From the IMG/VR virus record IMGVR_UViG_3300044961_000667: a stretch of DNA of 64,000 bases, one strand, 5' to 3'. This DNA comes from a virus (lineage: Duplodnaviria > Caudoviricetes). The notes under the pieces are model-generated. The model worked only from the letters and a program-made list of their open reading frames with translations, did not search any database and was not told the DNA's origin. Shown piece after piece: positions 45,767-54,951 of the stretch; within the stretch, counting starts at the first letter, position 1; every line of letters begins with the position of its first letter. Both the position numbers and the translations under genes were made by a program.

Positions 45767-46105
45767 CTACAGCCCCTTCTTCGAGCGGATGCGCACCGCG
45801 ATCTGGGTAAACGGCTTCTTCGGAGTGATGTCGCAGACGCCGATCTTTGGGTCCTCGAAGTCGATCCTCGTGTCGACGATCTCGCCCTTGGCCGACGTCA
45901 GGCCATCGCCATCACCGGCGCCAAAGCCGCGGTTGACGATGATGTGCGCCCAGTACGTGCCGTCGTCGCAGCGAGCCACCTCGATCGCCCCGCCGGGAAA
46001 CTCGATGATGTGCTGCGACGACTCGATCTTCTTCGTCTTGTCTCCCAGCAGCTTCACCTTCCTGGGCGCCTTGTCGATGGTCCAGTTCTTCGCCGTGTCA
46101 GCCAT
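45767..46105 (-). CDS. hypothetical protein
   Basis: AGGAG RBS; HIIEFPGGAIEVARC. Confidence 0.6.
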   Translation of the reverse strand: MADTAKNWTIDKAPRKVKLLGDKTKKIESSQHIIEFPGGAIEVARCDDGTYWAHIIVNRGFGAGDGDGLTSAKGEIVDTRIDFEDPKIGVCDITPKKPFTQIAVRIRSKKGL

Positions 46106-46598
46106 GTTCGCTCTCCTGTTTGGTCGCCCAATTTTCTTTCGACAGCACTCTCTGGACCTGGGTGTGACTGACGCCAAACTCTCGTCCAAGACTGGCCATC
46201 GAACGACCGCCCAGCCCGTAAAGCAGCCTGACCCGATCAACATCGGCCGCCGCCAATTTGGCCCGTCCATTGGCTTCACCCGGAGACGGTCTTCCGGCCT
46301 TGGTTCGCCCTTTCCTGTTTCGATCTGCGGCGTTGTCGGCCTTCGACCCAAGGAAGAGGTGTCTCGGATTCACACATGGCCTGTTGTCGCAACGATGAAG
46401 CACGCAAAGGCCGGGCGGAATCTCCCCATTCGACAAACGCCACGCGACACGATGCGCATACTCCCACCCGCTTCCGGCTGGGCCCTTGCCGATCTTCCCG
46501 TAGCCGGTGGACTTCTGAATCGAACCAGTCCACAGCCAGCATTCATCAATGCCGCGACGGACGAACTTGGCCTCGAACCTCTGAGACAGATTCGTCAT
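46098..46598 (-). mobile_element. HNH homing endonuclease with C-terminal HTH
   Basis: CWLWTG, YAHRVAW, VLHRCDNRPCVNPRHLFLGSKADN, LGREFGVSHT. Confidence 0.9.
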
Positions 46599-47149
46599 CC
46601 TGGCTCTCCATCCTCAGTTAAGATGTCGATGTACTCCCAGATGTCGGCCGACTCGGGCACCGGATCGATGCCGACGTCCTTGTACGGCCCCGAGGCTCGC
46701 AGGATGTTCACCAGCGGGCTGTCGGGATCGCACTCGACCTTCTTGCCACTCGCCATGGCAGGGAACAGGTAGGCCAACTGCATCGCCAGCGACGAGGAGC
46801 CTGGGCCGCGAGGATGCACCTCTTCAGAGAACGTCTCGGTGTTGTCGTAGAACCACTGACTCCACCGAGCGATCAGCTCCATCCTCTCTGAGGCCGACCT
46901 GTCCTCGATCTGCTCGTAGCCTGGGAGCACCGGCTTCTTCTCAGCCGGCTCTTTCTCGGCAGTCGTCATCCTGCCCGGCCCCTTCTTGAAGAATCGCTCG
47001 CGGCACGCAGCCGAGCAGACGCCGACAACGACCACCTGCCTGGTCTCGTCATCGACCGCCTCCCCGTAGAACCACCCCTCGGGGACGAAAGTCATCCGCC
47101 TGCGGCGTCCTTCGGTGCCACAAACCTCGCACTTGAAGTCTTCGCTCAC
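46595..47149 (-). CDS. hypothetical protein with zinc finger
   Basis: CEVC...CSAAC. Confidence 0.6.
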   Translation of the reverse strand: MSEDFKCEVCGTEGRRRRMTFVPEGWFYGEAVDDETRQVVVVGVCSAACRERFFKKGPGRMTTAEKEPAEKKPVLPGYEQIEDRSASERMELIARWSQWFYDNTETFSEEVHPRGPGSSSLAMQLAYLFPAMASGKKVECDPDSPLVNILRASGPYKDVGIDPVPESADIWEYIDILTEDGEPG

Positions 47150-47382
47150 GCTGCCTCCTGGGCCTCCGACGGCTTGATGGTGTGGACGACAGCGCCGCTG
47201 ATGCGACCGCTGCTGCCGGAGAACGTCATCATCCAGATGCTGACGCCCTCGCCGTCATCGAACTCGTCCGCGAGATCCAGCGCCTCGCTGTACCGGAGGG
47301 GCTTCTCCTGCGTCAGCATCGTCCCGGCGGGGGCACCTGACTGGTGAATGCGTCGAATCTCGAACCACGTGATGTTCGCCAT
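47146..47382 (-). CDS. hypothetical protein
   Basis: First gene after promoter 47450. Confidence 0.55.
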   Translation of the reverse strand: MANITWFEIRRIHQSGAPAGTMLTQEKPLRYSEALDLADEFDDGEGVSIWMMTFSGSSGRISGAVVHTIKPSEAQEAA

Positions 47383-47450
47383 CGTCGTCTCCTTGGTGGC
47401 CAACCTGGGTTTGGTTGGTGAGTCTAGAGTGACAGGAGACTCGCCGTTCG

Positions 47451-48041
47451 TCAAGAGGAATAGCGGCTGCCGTTCATTTTCAGGTGCTCCTCGACCAGGA
47501 GGATCGCCTCTCGCACGATCAGCGGAGCGACTCCGTCCGGGGGCATCTCGCCGTACGGCTTCATCATCACCGCGGACAGCATCTGATCCGCGCCTCGGCG
47601 TGCCTGGCCGGCTTCCGACTGGTGGAAGGAGTAGGACAGGTCGCCGTTCGCCTTGAGGCAGCCGTTGTTGGCCTCGGTCTCGGCCAAGAGCTGCTTCAGG
47701 GTGTCCAACACCTTCAGCAGCGAGACAGACACCTCGATGTAGAAGATCTGCGCCGCCACCACCGCGCGCTTGAGATCGACCTCCGTCTCACACAGCTCGC
47801 GGTTGATGTCGCCCTCACAGTACGTCAGGAGCGCGAAACGTCCGTCGCTCAGCTTGCCGTAGCTCACCTGGCAATAGGGCTCCTGGTTCGTCTCGATCGA
47901 GCCCAGTCGGGCCGCCTTCTCCCAGCCGAACCAGAAGTCGTGCGACCCGAGGCCGTCGCAGACGAAGCCCCTCTCCAGCTTGTTGCCGACGAGCGTCCGA
48001 CGCCCGGTGTCCTCGAACTTCACGTTCACGTTCAGCTTCAT
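47451..48041 (-). CDS. hypothetical protein
   Basis: MKLNVNVKF... good codon bias. Confidence 0.6.
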   Translation of the reverse strand: MKLNVNVKFEDTGRRTLVGNKLERGFVCDGLGSHDFWFGWEKAARLGSIETNQEPYCQVSYGKLSDGRFALLTYCEGDINRELCETEVDLKRAVVAAQIFYIEVSVSLLKVLDTLKQLLAETEANNGCLKANGDLSYSFHQSEAGQARRGADQMLSAVMMKPYGEMPPDGVAPLIVREAILLVEEHLKMNGSRYSS

Positions 48042-48051
48042 GCGCAGGCCC

Positions 48052-48243
48052 TCACAGCGGTGACTTTGCCTTCCTCTCGATCTTGGTCTCGACGCCAATC
48101 GTCGACGCACAGCTGCAGTGCCTCAGCTCCAGCTTGTAGTGCTCGGCGTCTTCCTCGGTCAGGATCTCCCCGCAGAGCGGCAGCTTCAGCCACTCCTCTT
48201 CGGAGAACGTCCTGCCGCAGCTGCACGTCTTGAACGTCTTCAT
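48052..48243 (-). CDS. small zinc-finger protein
   Basis: CSCG...CSC. Confidence 0.55.
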   Translation of the reverse strand: MKTFKTCSCGRTFSEEEWLKLPLCGEILTEEDAEHYKLELRHCSCASTIGVETKIERKAKSPL

Positions 48244-48266
48244 CGAAGAGCCCCCTTCCATCGAAG

Positions 48267-48384
48267 GATCACCTGCCGATTTGAACGGCAGTCCCCACCC
48301 AGTTGGGGCGATTTCGAGGGCGCCTGACCACTGGGAAAGGGCGCTCCCCTACTCTCACGGATGTCCACTCCGTCTTCGGTGATC
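48267..48384 (-). ncRNA. tRNA-like structured RNA (not a canonical tRNA)
   Basis: 7-bp acceptor-like stem GATCACC/GGTGATC stacked on a 5-bp T arm TGCCG-TTCAAAT-CGGCA; D-like arm; two further hairpins whose loops (CCCAGT, ACTGGG) are complementary. Confidence 0.55.
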
Positions 48385-48398
48385 ATTTTCAGCCAGCC

Positions 48399-48872
48399 TC
48401 AGAAGTCGGCCTCGCGGGCCTCGTCGATCTTCGAGTCGATGTAGTCGTCGTACGCGGCCTCGGCTGCTTCCTGGGCCGCTTCGATCGCACGCTCCTGCAT
48501 CTCCTCCAGCAGCTTCTTGGGCGTGTTCTTCTCCAAGTCCTCACGCCGGCGCACGCGCACGTACTTGCCGCGGCGGTTCGACGGGATCAACCCCGCGTTC
48601 TCCGGCGGCACTGGGAAGCTGGCCTCCGGAGACTCGTACCTCGGGGTTGGCGAGGGCACGAACTCCAGCTGCCAGATCCCCGTGATGTCGACATCATCGG
48701 GCTCAGGCGGGTAGCAGTCCTCAGGCGGACCAGACGTTCGACCCGGCGAGCCAAACGCCACGTCGGCTTCGACCTCCAGCTCGACCTCCACCATCTCGCC
48801 GTTCACCGTCTCCTCGATGGTGGTCGAGAACTCGACGCTGTGGCTCCCCTTGCGCTGGAACTTCTTCACCAT
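48399..48872 (-). CDS. acidic hypothetical protein
   Basis: GSPGRTSGPPEDCYPPEP motif. Confidence 0.6.
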   Translation of the reverse strand: MVKKFQRKGSHSVEFSTTIEETVNGEMVEVELEVEADVAFGSPGRTSGPPEDCYPPEPDDVDITGIWQLEFVPSPTPRYESPEASFPVPPENAGLIPSNRRGKYVRVRRREDLEKNTPKKLLEEMQERAIEAAQEAAEAAYDDYIDSKIDEAREADF

Positions 48873-48900
48873 GGCTCTCTCGCTCTCTGATTGAGGAACT

Positions 48901-49578
48901 TCATTCTGCGCGGGACGATGCCTCGCCCGCGGCAGTCTCGACTTTCGTTGGAGGTGGGAGAGCCTGGACGCCGAACAGCGTCGCCATGCCGGCGTACTCC
49001 TCGTACCCCACGAAGAAGAAGAAGCCGTTGTCCAACTCCAGCCAGCCGACGGCTTCCATGTCGTGCTTGGACGCTGGATCGAGGGCAGCCGAGAAGCCGC
49101 AGCCTCGCTTCAGTTCGATCTTGTCGAGCGCCAGCTCGCGAATCCGATCGGGCACTTCCGCCTGATGCTCACGCCGGCAGATGACGTAGACGACAGCGTC
49201 CTCCTGTCGCCCAGGCTTGGTCTTCTTCGCGCGTGGCGGCTTCTTGCCCACCGCCTTGAACTTCTGGATCTCCAGCCGCCGAGCCTGACGTGCCATGTGC
49301 TCGTGCGCCCAGTTCGCCTTGATCTGCGAGCGCTTCAGCTTCAGCTCGAAGGTGACGAGCTTCTCGTGATCGTTGTGCAACGCCCCGAGGCACTCTGGGA
49401 TCGTCCCGAACTCGTACTCCGCGGCGCCCATGTAGTGGAGGTTGCACACCGACTGGATGGCCTCCCACCCGGCCTTCGACATGGCGATCATCCCGCCGCC
49501 GAAGACCCGACTCATCTGCGCGTGCCACTCGCTCTCCGGCTTTCGATCCAGCCGCTGCGCAAGGTACGTCTCCTTCAC
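48901..49578 (-). CDS. conserved phage protein
   Basis: HYMGAAEYEFG...GWLELDNGFFFF. Confidence 0.65.
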   Translation of the reverse strand: MKETYLAQRLDRKPESEWHAQMSRVFGGGMIAMSKAGWEAIQSVCNLHYMGAAEYEFGTIPECLGALHNDHEKLVTFELKLKRSQIKANWAHEHMARQARRLEIQKFKAVGKKPPRAKKTKPGRQEDAVVYVICRREHQAEVPDRIRELALDKIELKRGCGFSAALDPASKHDMEAVGWLELDNGFFFFVGYEEYAGMATLFGVQALPPPTKVETAAGEASSRAE

Positions 49579-50303
49579 GCTGCCTCCCTCTTCGCTCGCA
49601 TCTCGTTGTCGATCGGCACGAGCCCCAGCGCCTTCGCCTTCTTCAGCGCCTGGTAGATGCGATGAGCCCGTCCGTCGTAGTCGTCGTACGGCAACGTGGC
49701 CAACCAGTGCGCCTGCGGCCACGTCAGCTTCTTGCCGAGCTTCACTGGGCTGAACTGCGCCTTCACGAACTGGGCGTCGTCGGCCGACAGGTGCTTCAGC
49801 ACGTCGAACTTCGCCTCGTCATCACCAGCCTCGGGCGGAGGTCGCTTCTGCGAATGGCCGAACTTGTTGCCACCCTCGTCGTACGGCCACATGCAGAACT
49901 TGCAGGCGTTGAAGAACCCACCGCTCTCGTGCTCGCAGTCCAGGTGGCCACAGGTGGTGCAGACCATCCCGTCATCGTCCGGCTGGAAGTCATCGCAGAT
50001 CTCAGCATCCGCTTCCGAGCCGACGAAGATGTACGGCTTCTTGTCCTCGAACACCCATCGCGTGGGGTCGACGACGGTCTCTCCGTCGTCCAGCAACACC
50101 CACCCGTGGTTGCAGAAACTCATTCCTGCGCGGTCGCCGAAGTACGACGACGGCTGGATGATGCCCGTCCAATGGCCGTACACAGCGCGGCCCTTCGCCA
50201 CGCCGTGCTTCACCATCAGCGAGGCGATCTCGAAACACCGCCCCTTCCACTGCTGCGCCGGAATCCCGATTGCTGCTTCCACTTCAGTGACGTCGATCCG
50301 CAT
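49575..50303 (-). CDS. hypothetical protein with Cys/His cluster
   Basis: CTTCGH..CEH...CKFC. Confidence 0.65.
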   Translation of the reverse strand: MRIDVTEVEAAIGIPAQQWKGRCFEIASLMVKHGVAKGRAVYGHWTGIIQPSSYFGDRAGMSFCNHGWVLLDDGETVVDPTRWVFEDKKPYIFVGSEADAEICDDFQPDDDGMVCTTCGHLDCEHESGGFFNACKFCMWPYDEGGNKFGHSQKRPPPEAGDDEAKFDVLKHLSADDAQFVKAQFSPVKLGKKLTWPQAHWLATLPYDDYDGRAHRIYQALKKAKALGLVPIDNEMRAKREAA

Positions 50304-50374
50304 CTCCCGTTCCTCCTGGTCTAGAGGTTGATGCTGAGAACATCTTGTCTCACGGACACTGTTTCGTCAAGAGG

Positions 50375-52549
50375 TTAGTCCTCTTCGGTGTCTTTTCGCT
50401 CGACCAGCCTCTTCTCAGGCAAGCCCAGCTCCTTCCTCTTCTGGTGGAAGCACGACTTGCAGGTCGACAGCAGTACTCCCGGCGAGAGCGTCGACCACGG
50501 GTTGTGCAGCACCCAGTCAGACGGCTCGATGCGGTCCAGGATGCTGTTGCCCGAGTACGGCTCATCGACGAACCAGTTCTGCCAGCCGAAGTGCAGGTCC
50601 TCCACCTTGCACCCGAGCACCGCGGCGATGCCCTGCGGGCACGTCACCTTGAATCCCGTGTGCACGGTGGCGATCACATCGGGGTGGTTCACGCAGAAGA
50701 CGGAGCCGGTCGAGTACCAGTGCTTCGACGGATCCTTCCACTCGTACCCGCGGCGTGGATTCTCGAACTTCTTCTCATTCCCGCCGTTCAGCTCCACCTC
50801 GCTGTAGAAGCCGCTGCCCCACTTGCTCTTCAGCGCCTTGTACACGCGCTTGTGGACACCCTGGGTGACGCAGTTGCCCGTCTTCGTCGTGTAGTACCCG
50901 ACCTCGAACGACGTCCGTCGATCCTCCCACGTGCTGAACCTGGGGATCAGCAGCTCTCCTTTCGCGGCGGCAGCCTGCAGGGCCGGCATGTTCTCCTTCG
51001 CCGCCTTGCGCAGCCACTCCAGCGCCTCCTCCTTCTTCTCGGCGAACTCCTTCTGCGCCAGCCCCTGGACGTACTTCATCTTGTTGACGCGGCCAGCCCA
51101 GGCGCGGTCCCGCTCCAGCTTCTCTTTCGTTCCGAACGTCACCGGCGACAGCGTCTCGAAGTTGCCGAGCGTGAGCGAGCCCCGCCGGTGATCCCCCGTC
51201 GCCGGCAAGTTCTGGTTCTCCCAGCTCGCCTGCAGCAGCTTCACCGCCGACTGGCCGACAGGGTTGAGGAACCGCTCCGGCACCTGCTCCCCGTACCGTT
51301 TCTCCATCCAGGAGTTGAAGCCCGTGCCGCCCTTGAACGACCACTGCTCCTTCGTCTCCTCCAGAGACACCGCCTTCAGGTCGAGCGGCGGCACGATCAG
51401 CGGCGTGTACTTGTTCGCCAGCTCGATCGACGCACCTGAATCGATCAGCGCCATCGGCCGAACCACCATCTCGCCGGTGTAGCTGAGCTGCTTCAGCTTC
51501 GGGTTCTTCCTCCAGTACTTGTCGCGAATCAGGTCGAACATCAGCACCAACCACACGAACTGCTCCGGATGCAGCTGGCCGATCTCCTTCAGCGGAACGG
51601 CGTTCGCGTTGTACGGCACCATCTGCTCTCGCTGCTCCGCGTAGAGCCTTCCATCCTGGGTCACCTTTAGTCCGAGCAGCTGGTACGGGAACCAGTGCTT
51701 CCCCGCTCTGCTCTCCAGATTGCGATCGGGCCGCCGCGACATCCGGTTGTACGCAGGGTGCGGTCCCTCTTCGCGATCGGTCAGCACCATCAGCGTCTCG
51801 CCGTTGCGAATGGCGAACACGAAGAAGCTGGCCAGCTCCTGCTCCGGGTCTCGAATCAGGCACAGCGAGATGCCGGCGACGCCCTGGTTCATCATCGTCT
51901 GCAGCAGGCTGTTGACGTTCCAGAACTCGAAGACCTGGCGGTTGTACTTCAGGCTCGACGGGTCTGGGTCGCCGTGGGTGAACTGGTGCGCCTCCAGCTT
52001 TTTGATGGAAAGCAGCGCGTCCCTTCGCACGTAGGCGAGCTGGTACTTGTCTTCGAGCAGCTCGTTCAGTGCCTTGTTCTTCTTGCCGCCGGGCACCCCG
52101 TAGTGCTCAGCCGCTTCGCGCAGCTGATCGACGAAGCCGTCCATCAGATCGACGTAGTCGGGCGATTCGACGAGGTCGCGCAGCGCCGCCATCGCATCGA
52201 TCTGCGACTTGCACCGATCCGCCGACAGCAGGAGATCGAAGGCCGTGAACGGCGTCGTCTTGAGGTGGTGCTCCGTCAACCCACGAAGCATCATCAACGT
52301 CGTCAGCCCAGTCGGGTCGAGATCGCGTGACTCGTTCAAGGCGTCAAGATGCTTGGCCAGCGTGTACTGATCGAACGGCTCCAGCTGGCTTCCGCCCTCC
52401 TGCACCGTCAGACGGATCGTGAACCCACGCTTGTTCGGGTTCGCGCCCGTGACGTCAGCCCAGCGCTTCAGGGCTTCGTTCACGAGCTGATTCACCGTGC
52501 CGAAGGCAGGCTTTGGCGCCTCAACTCGCTCGACTTTCTCAGCACCCAT
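50375..52549 (-). CDS. large hypothetical protein (724 aa)
   Basis: Long ORF with strong codon bias; no motif recognised. Confidence 0.75.
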   Translation of the reverse strand: MGAEKVERVEAPKPAFGTVNQLVNEALKRWADVTGANPNKRGFTIRLTVQEGGSQLEPFDQYTLAKHLDALNESRDLDPTGLTTLMMLRGLTEHHLKTTPFTAFDLLLSADRCKSQIDAMAALRDLVESPDYVDLMDGFVDQLREAAEHYGVPGGKKNKALNELLEDKYQLAYVRRDALLSIKKLEAHQFTHGDPDPSSLKYNRQVFEFWNVNSLLQTMMNQGVAGISLCLIRDPEQELASFFVFAIRNGETLMVLTDREEGPHPAYNRMSRRPDRNLESRAGKHWFPYQLLGLKVTQDGRLYAEQREQMVPYNANAVPLKEIGQLHPEQFVWLVLMFDLIRDKYWRKNPKLKQLSYTGEMVVRPMALIDSGASIELANKYTPLIVPPLDLKAVSLEETKEQWSFKGGTGFNSWMEKRYGEQVPERFLNPVGQSAVKLLQASWENQNLPATGDHRRGSLTLGNFETLSPVTFGTKEKLERDRAWAGRVNKMKYVQGLAQKEFAEKKEEALEWLRKAAKENMPALQAAAAKGELLIPRFSTWEDRRTSFEVGYYTTKTGNCVTQGVHKRVYKALKSKWGSGFYSEVELNGGNEKKFENPRRGYEWKDPSKHWYSTGSVFCVNHPDVIATVHTGFKVTCPQGIAAVLGCKVEDLHFGWQNWFVDEPYSGNSILDRIEPSDWVLHNPWSTLSPGVLLSTCKSCFHQKRKELGLPEKRLVERKDTEED

Positions 52550-52931
52550 AGCGCTCGCAGTACCGTCTCTCGCGGTTATTGGCGGCCTCCGCCTCGACGA
52601 AGTCGTTGAACTTCTCCAGCAGCTCCGGGCTCTGAGCCTCCAGCGCCTGGACGTCGACGACGGCGACCACTTTCTCGCCGCCGCACACGGTGCACGTGAC
52701 GTCGTACTTCCCCGTCATGTACGCCTCGCGCTCGTCATCGTCCCAGTCCGCCCACTCCGACGCCGTGATGCCGTTGCCGTCGATCGCACGGTTGGTGTGG
52801 CGACCATGGCCACCACACTCGTCGCAGACCTCGTGCTTGCCTGGCAGGAGGACGGACACCTCTTCGCCGTCGTCGTCCTCGTAGGCGAACTCGATCTCTC
52901 CCGACGGCGACAGCTTCTTCCCGATGCCCAT
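52539..52931 (-). CDS. protein with DnaJ-like CxxCxG zinc motifs
   Basis: CDECGGHG, CTVCGG. Confidence 0.6.
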   Translation of the reverse strand: MGIGKKLSPSGEIEFAYEDDDGEEVSVLLPGKHEVCDECGGHGRHTNRAIDGNGITASEWADWDDDEREAYMTGKYDVTCTVCGGEKVVAVVDVQALEAQSPELLEKFNDFVEAEAANNRERRYCERYGC

Positions 52932-52934
52932 CGC

Positions 52935-53267
52935 TCAGCCCTCGTAGACCGCGCTGTACCAGCTGGTGCACTGCTCGGCGTAGACGCCCATCTTCTTCAG
53001 GTCGCCCAGCATCTGCCGGTGGAAGTCGTACTGCTCATACGCGTAGTTGAACGCGCCGGCGTGATCTCCGCCGTCGTGCACGACGATCAGCAGGGAGTCG
53101 CAGCCGTACTGCTCACCGCGCTCCTTCCACTGCTCCGGCGTGTAGAAGACCTTGCAGCCGCCCGAGTACAGCCGATCCTTCGACTTCAGAAAGGCGATGA
53201 TCCTCTCGGCCGCAGCCCGCCCCTTCGGAGACAGGCCCTCCGGGATCTCGAACCCCTTGGCCTCCAT
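52935..53267 (-). CDS. hypothetical protein
   Basis: TGATG-coupled. Confidence 0.6.
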   Translation of the reverse strand: MEAKGFEIPEGLSPKGRAAAERIIAFLKSKDRLYSGGCKVFYTPEQWKERGEQYGCDSLLIVVHDGGDHAGAFNYAYEQYDFHRQMLGDLKKMGVYAEQCTSWYSAVYEG

Positions 53268-53908
53268 CACTGCACCTCGAAGTACTTCATGGCGACGGCC
53301 AGGAGGTTGCTGTAGTCGCCGCCCGTCATCTCCTTCTGCACCGCGTCGATCTTCGACTGCTCCCAACCGGCCTTCTTCGCCGCCTTCAGGCACTTGCCGA
53401 TGATGAGGAAGGCGTTGCCATCGAAGCCGAGCAGCTCCACCACCGGCTTGTCGTCGTGCTCGCCGTCATTGCCGCTGGATTCCAGCCGCTCTTCGATCTC
53501 GTCCTCCTCCGTCCGAACGGACTCGACCGACGCCTCCACTTCCTTCACGTAGATCCGCTGGTGCGCAGTGCCGTCCCACTCCACCTTGATGCAGGGGAAG
53601 GCGCCGAACTCGGCCACGATCGTCTTCCCCACCTCCACCACCTTCTGCTCATCGTCCGACGGGTGGCCGAACGCGAGGTGAAGCCCCTTCGGCTTCCCAC
53701 GGAAGCGGCGCTCCGTGAACACCTCCGCGTCCTGCTTGTGGAAGAAGACGATGCCGGTCGGCTTCAGCCCCTTCTCTCTGATGTCGCTGGCGATGCCCGC
53801 CCAGCCGCACCCGCCACAGCACATGTAGCGCTGTCGGGCGATGAAGCCCTTCTTGCGCAGGTTGTCGAACGCCTTCGAGAGAGCCGCCTTCAAGTCGCCG
53901 TTCTGCAT
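53267..53908 (-). CDS. two-domain protein (DUF6891-like plus a small helical domain)
   Basis: FDNLRKKGFIARQRYMCCGGCG...VFFHKQD; C-terminal GFDGNAFLIIG...GGDYSNLL. Confidence 0.6.
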   Translation of the reverse strand: MQNGDLKAALSKAFDNLRKKGFIARQRYMCCGGCGWAGIASDIREKGLKPTGIVFFHKQDAEVFTERRFRGKPKGLHLAFGHPSDDEQKVVEVGKTIVAEFGAFPCIKVEWDGTAHQRIYVKEVEASVESVRTEEDEIEERLESSGNDGEHDDKPVVELLGFDGNAFLIIGKCLKAAKKAGWEQSKIDAVQKEMTGGDYSNLLAVAMKYFEVQ

Positions 53909-54021
53909 CGTCCATCTCCTGTCCAGCTGGGTTGCTGGTGGTTGGGGTGATTCTCAGAAACTACCAGCAGTCCGCCTGTTTCGTCAAGAGGTATGGCGAC
54001 ACGCCTGTCGTTTACGCCTCA

Positions 54022-54207
54022 TCAACCGCGGGCGCGGCGATGCCGCACGAGACGCAACATCGGCTTCTCTTGGGTGGGAGTGTCTGCCGGCTTTTGCAAC
54101 TCCCGCCCGACCTCTTCGTCAAGCAGCTGGTGCAGCCGTTCTGCTGGCTCCTTCGACGTCAGTACGTCGAGGATGAACTTCACGTCGAAACGGGTCTTCT
54201 TGGGCAT
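54022..54207 (-). CDS. hypothetical protein
   Basis: AGGAG RBS. Confidence 0.45.
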   Translation of the reverse strand: MPKKTRFDVKFILDVLTSKEPAERLHQLLDEEVGRELQKPADTPTQEKPMLRLVRHRRARG

Positions 54208-54476
54208 TGACTTTCTCCTGCCCCTTCATTCGCACCCCAGGGCGGAAGTTCGACAGGCCCCATCGCGTGTCCCGTCGTGCTGCTGATGCTGAGCCACCTG
54301 GCCTTGCACCTGGGGCATCGGATCTCCGATCTGGAGGGCACCGGGGCGCCATCCGGGTACTGCAGCAGGACGCTCAGAAACCTAGCCCTCGGCTCGATGT
54401 CCACCGCAGCGATGAACATCACCGCCTCACACCTGAGGCAGGTGATCGGATCGCCCTTGCTCAAACCCTCAGCCAC
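54180..54476 (-). CDS. zinc-ribbon protein
   Basis: CLRC...CPRC; GGAGG RBS after a palindrome copy. Confidence 0.55.
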   Translation of the reverse strand: MAEGLSKGDPITCLRCEAVMFIAAVDIEPRARFLSVLLQYPDGAPVPSRSEIRCPRCKARWLSISSTTGHAMGPVELPPWGANEGAGESQCPRRPVST

Positions 54477-54513
54477 ACGGCCTCCACGTGCAATCGATTG
54501 CGCATTACAAGGG

Positions 54514-54861
54514 CTACGCGTCTGGGAGCAGCCCGAAGTTGTCGATCTCCACCCTCAGCTCGGGGGGCATGGGCTTGGCCAAGCGGTACCGGCGCTCGAC
54601 GTTCACGACGTGGTGGCCGGCAATGCCTTCCATGACGAAGAGCGAGTAGTCGTCCGGGCTGTCGCACTCCATCATCTCCAGCTCGTCCTTCGTCGGGCGG
54701 TCGTCCTCGGGAAGCTCGTCGTAGGGCACGTCCGTTCCAACGACTGCGAACATCGTGTCCCACTGGCCTTCCCTGTACAGCTGCCACGACTCTTCGTTGC
54801 TGATCGGCGTCAGGGGCCCGTACTTCCCGATGAACTCCGCCAACTCCCTCTTGTCAGCCAT
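54514..54861 (-). CDS. acidic hypothetical protein
   Basis: GAGGAG RBS. Confidence 0.6.
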   Translation of the reverse strand: MADKRELAEFIGKYGPLTPISNEESWQLYREGQWDTMFAVVGTDVPYDELPEDDRPTKDELEMMECDSPDDYSLFVMEGIAGHHVVNVERRYRLAKPMPPELRVEIDNFGLLPDA

Positions 54862-54891
54862 GTCTGTCTCCTCTTCGGGTTTGAACTGCAT

Positions 54892-54951
54892 CCCTTCCCA
54901 CCCAACGAAGCCTCTCGCTGCAAACGAGCGACTTCGTCCTGGGTGGGAGGG
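54892..54951. other. 60-nt intergenic stem-loop
   Basis: CCCACCCA/TGGGTGGG, ACGAAG/CTTCGT and TCGCT/AGCGA nested pairings. Confidence 0.55.

Noticed and set aside
48267-48384. Canonical tRNA, tRNA-Sec, tmRNA or 5S rRNA fragment
   Set aside because: The anticodon loop would be 15 nt, there is no CCA and it is too short for tmRNA; GAGAGTAGG resembles 5S loop E but the partner strand GATGGTA is missing
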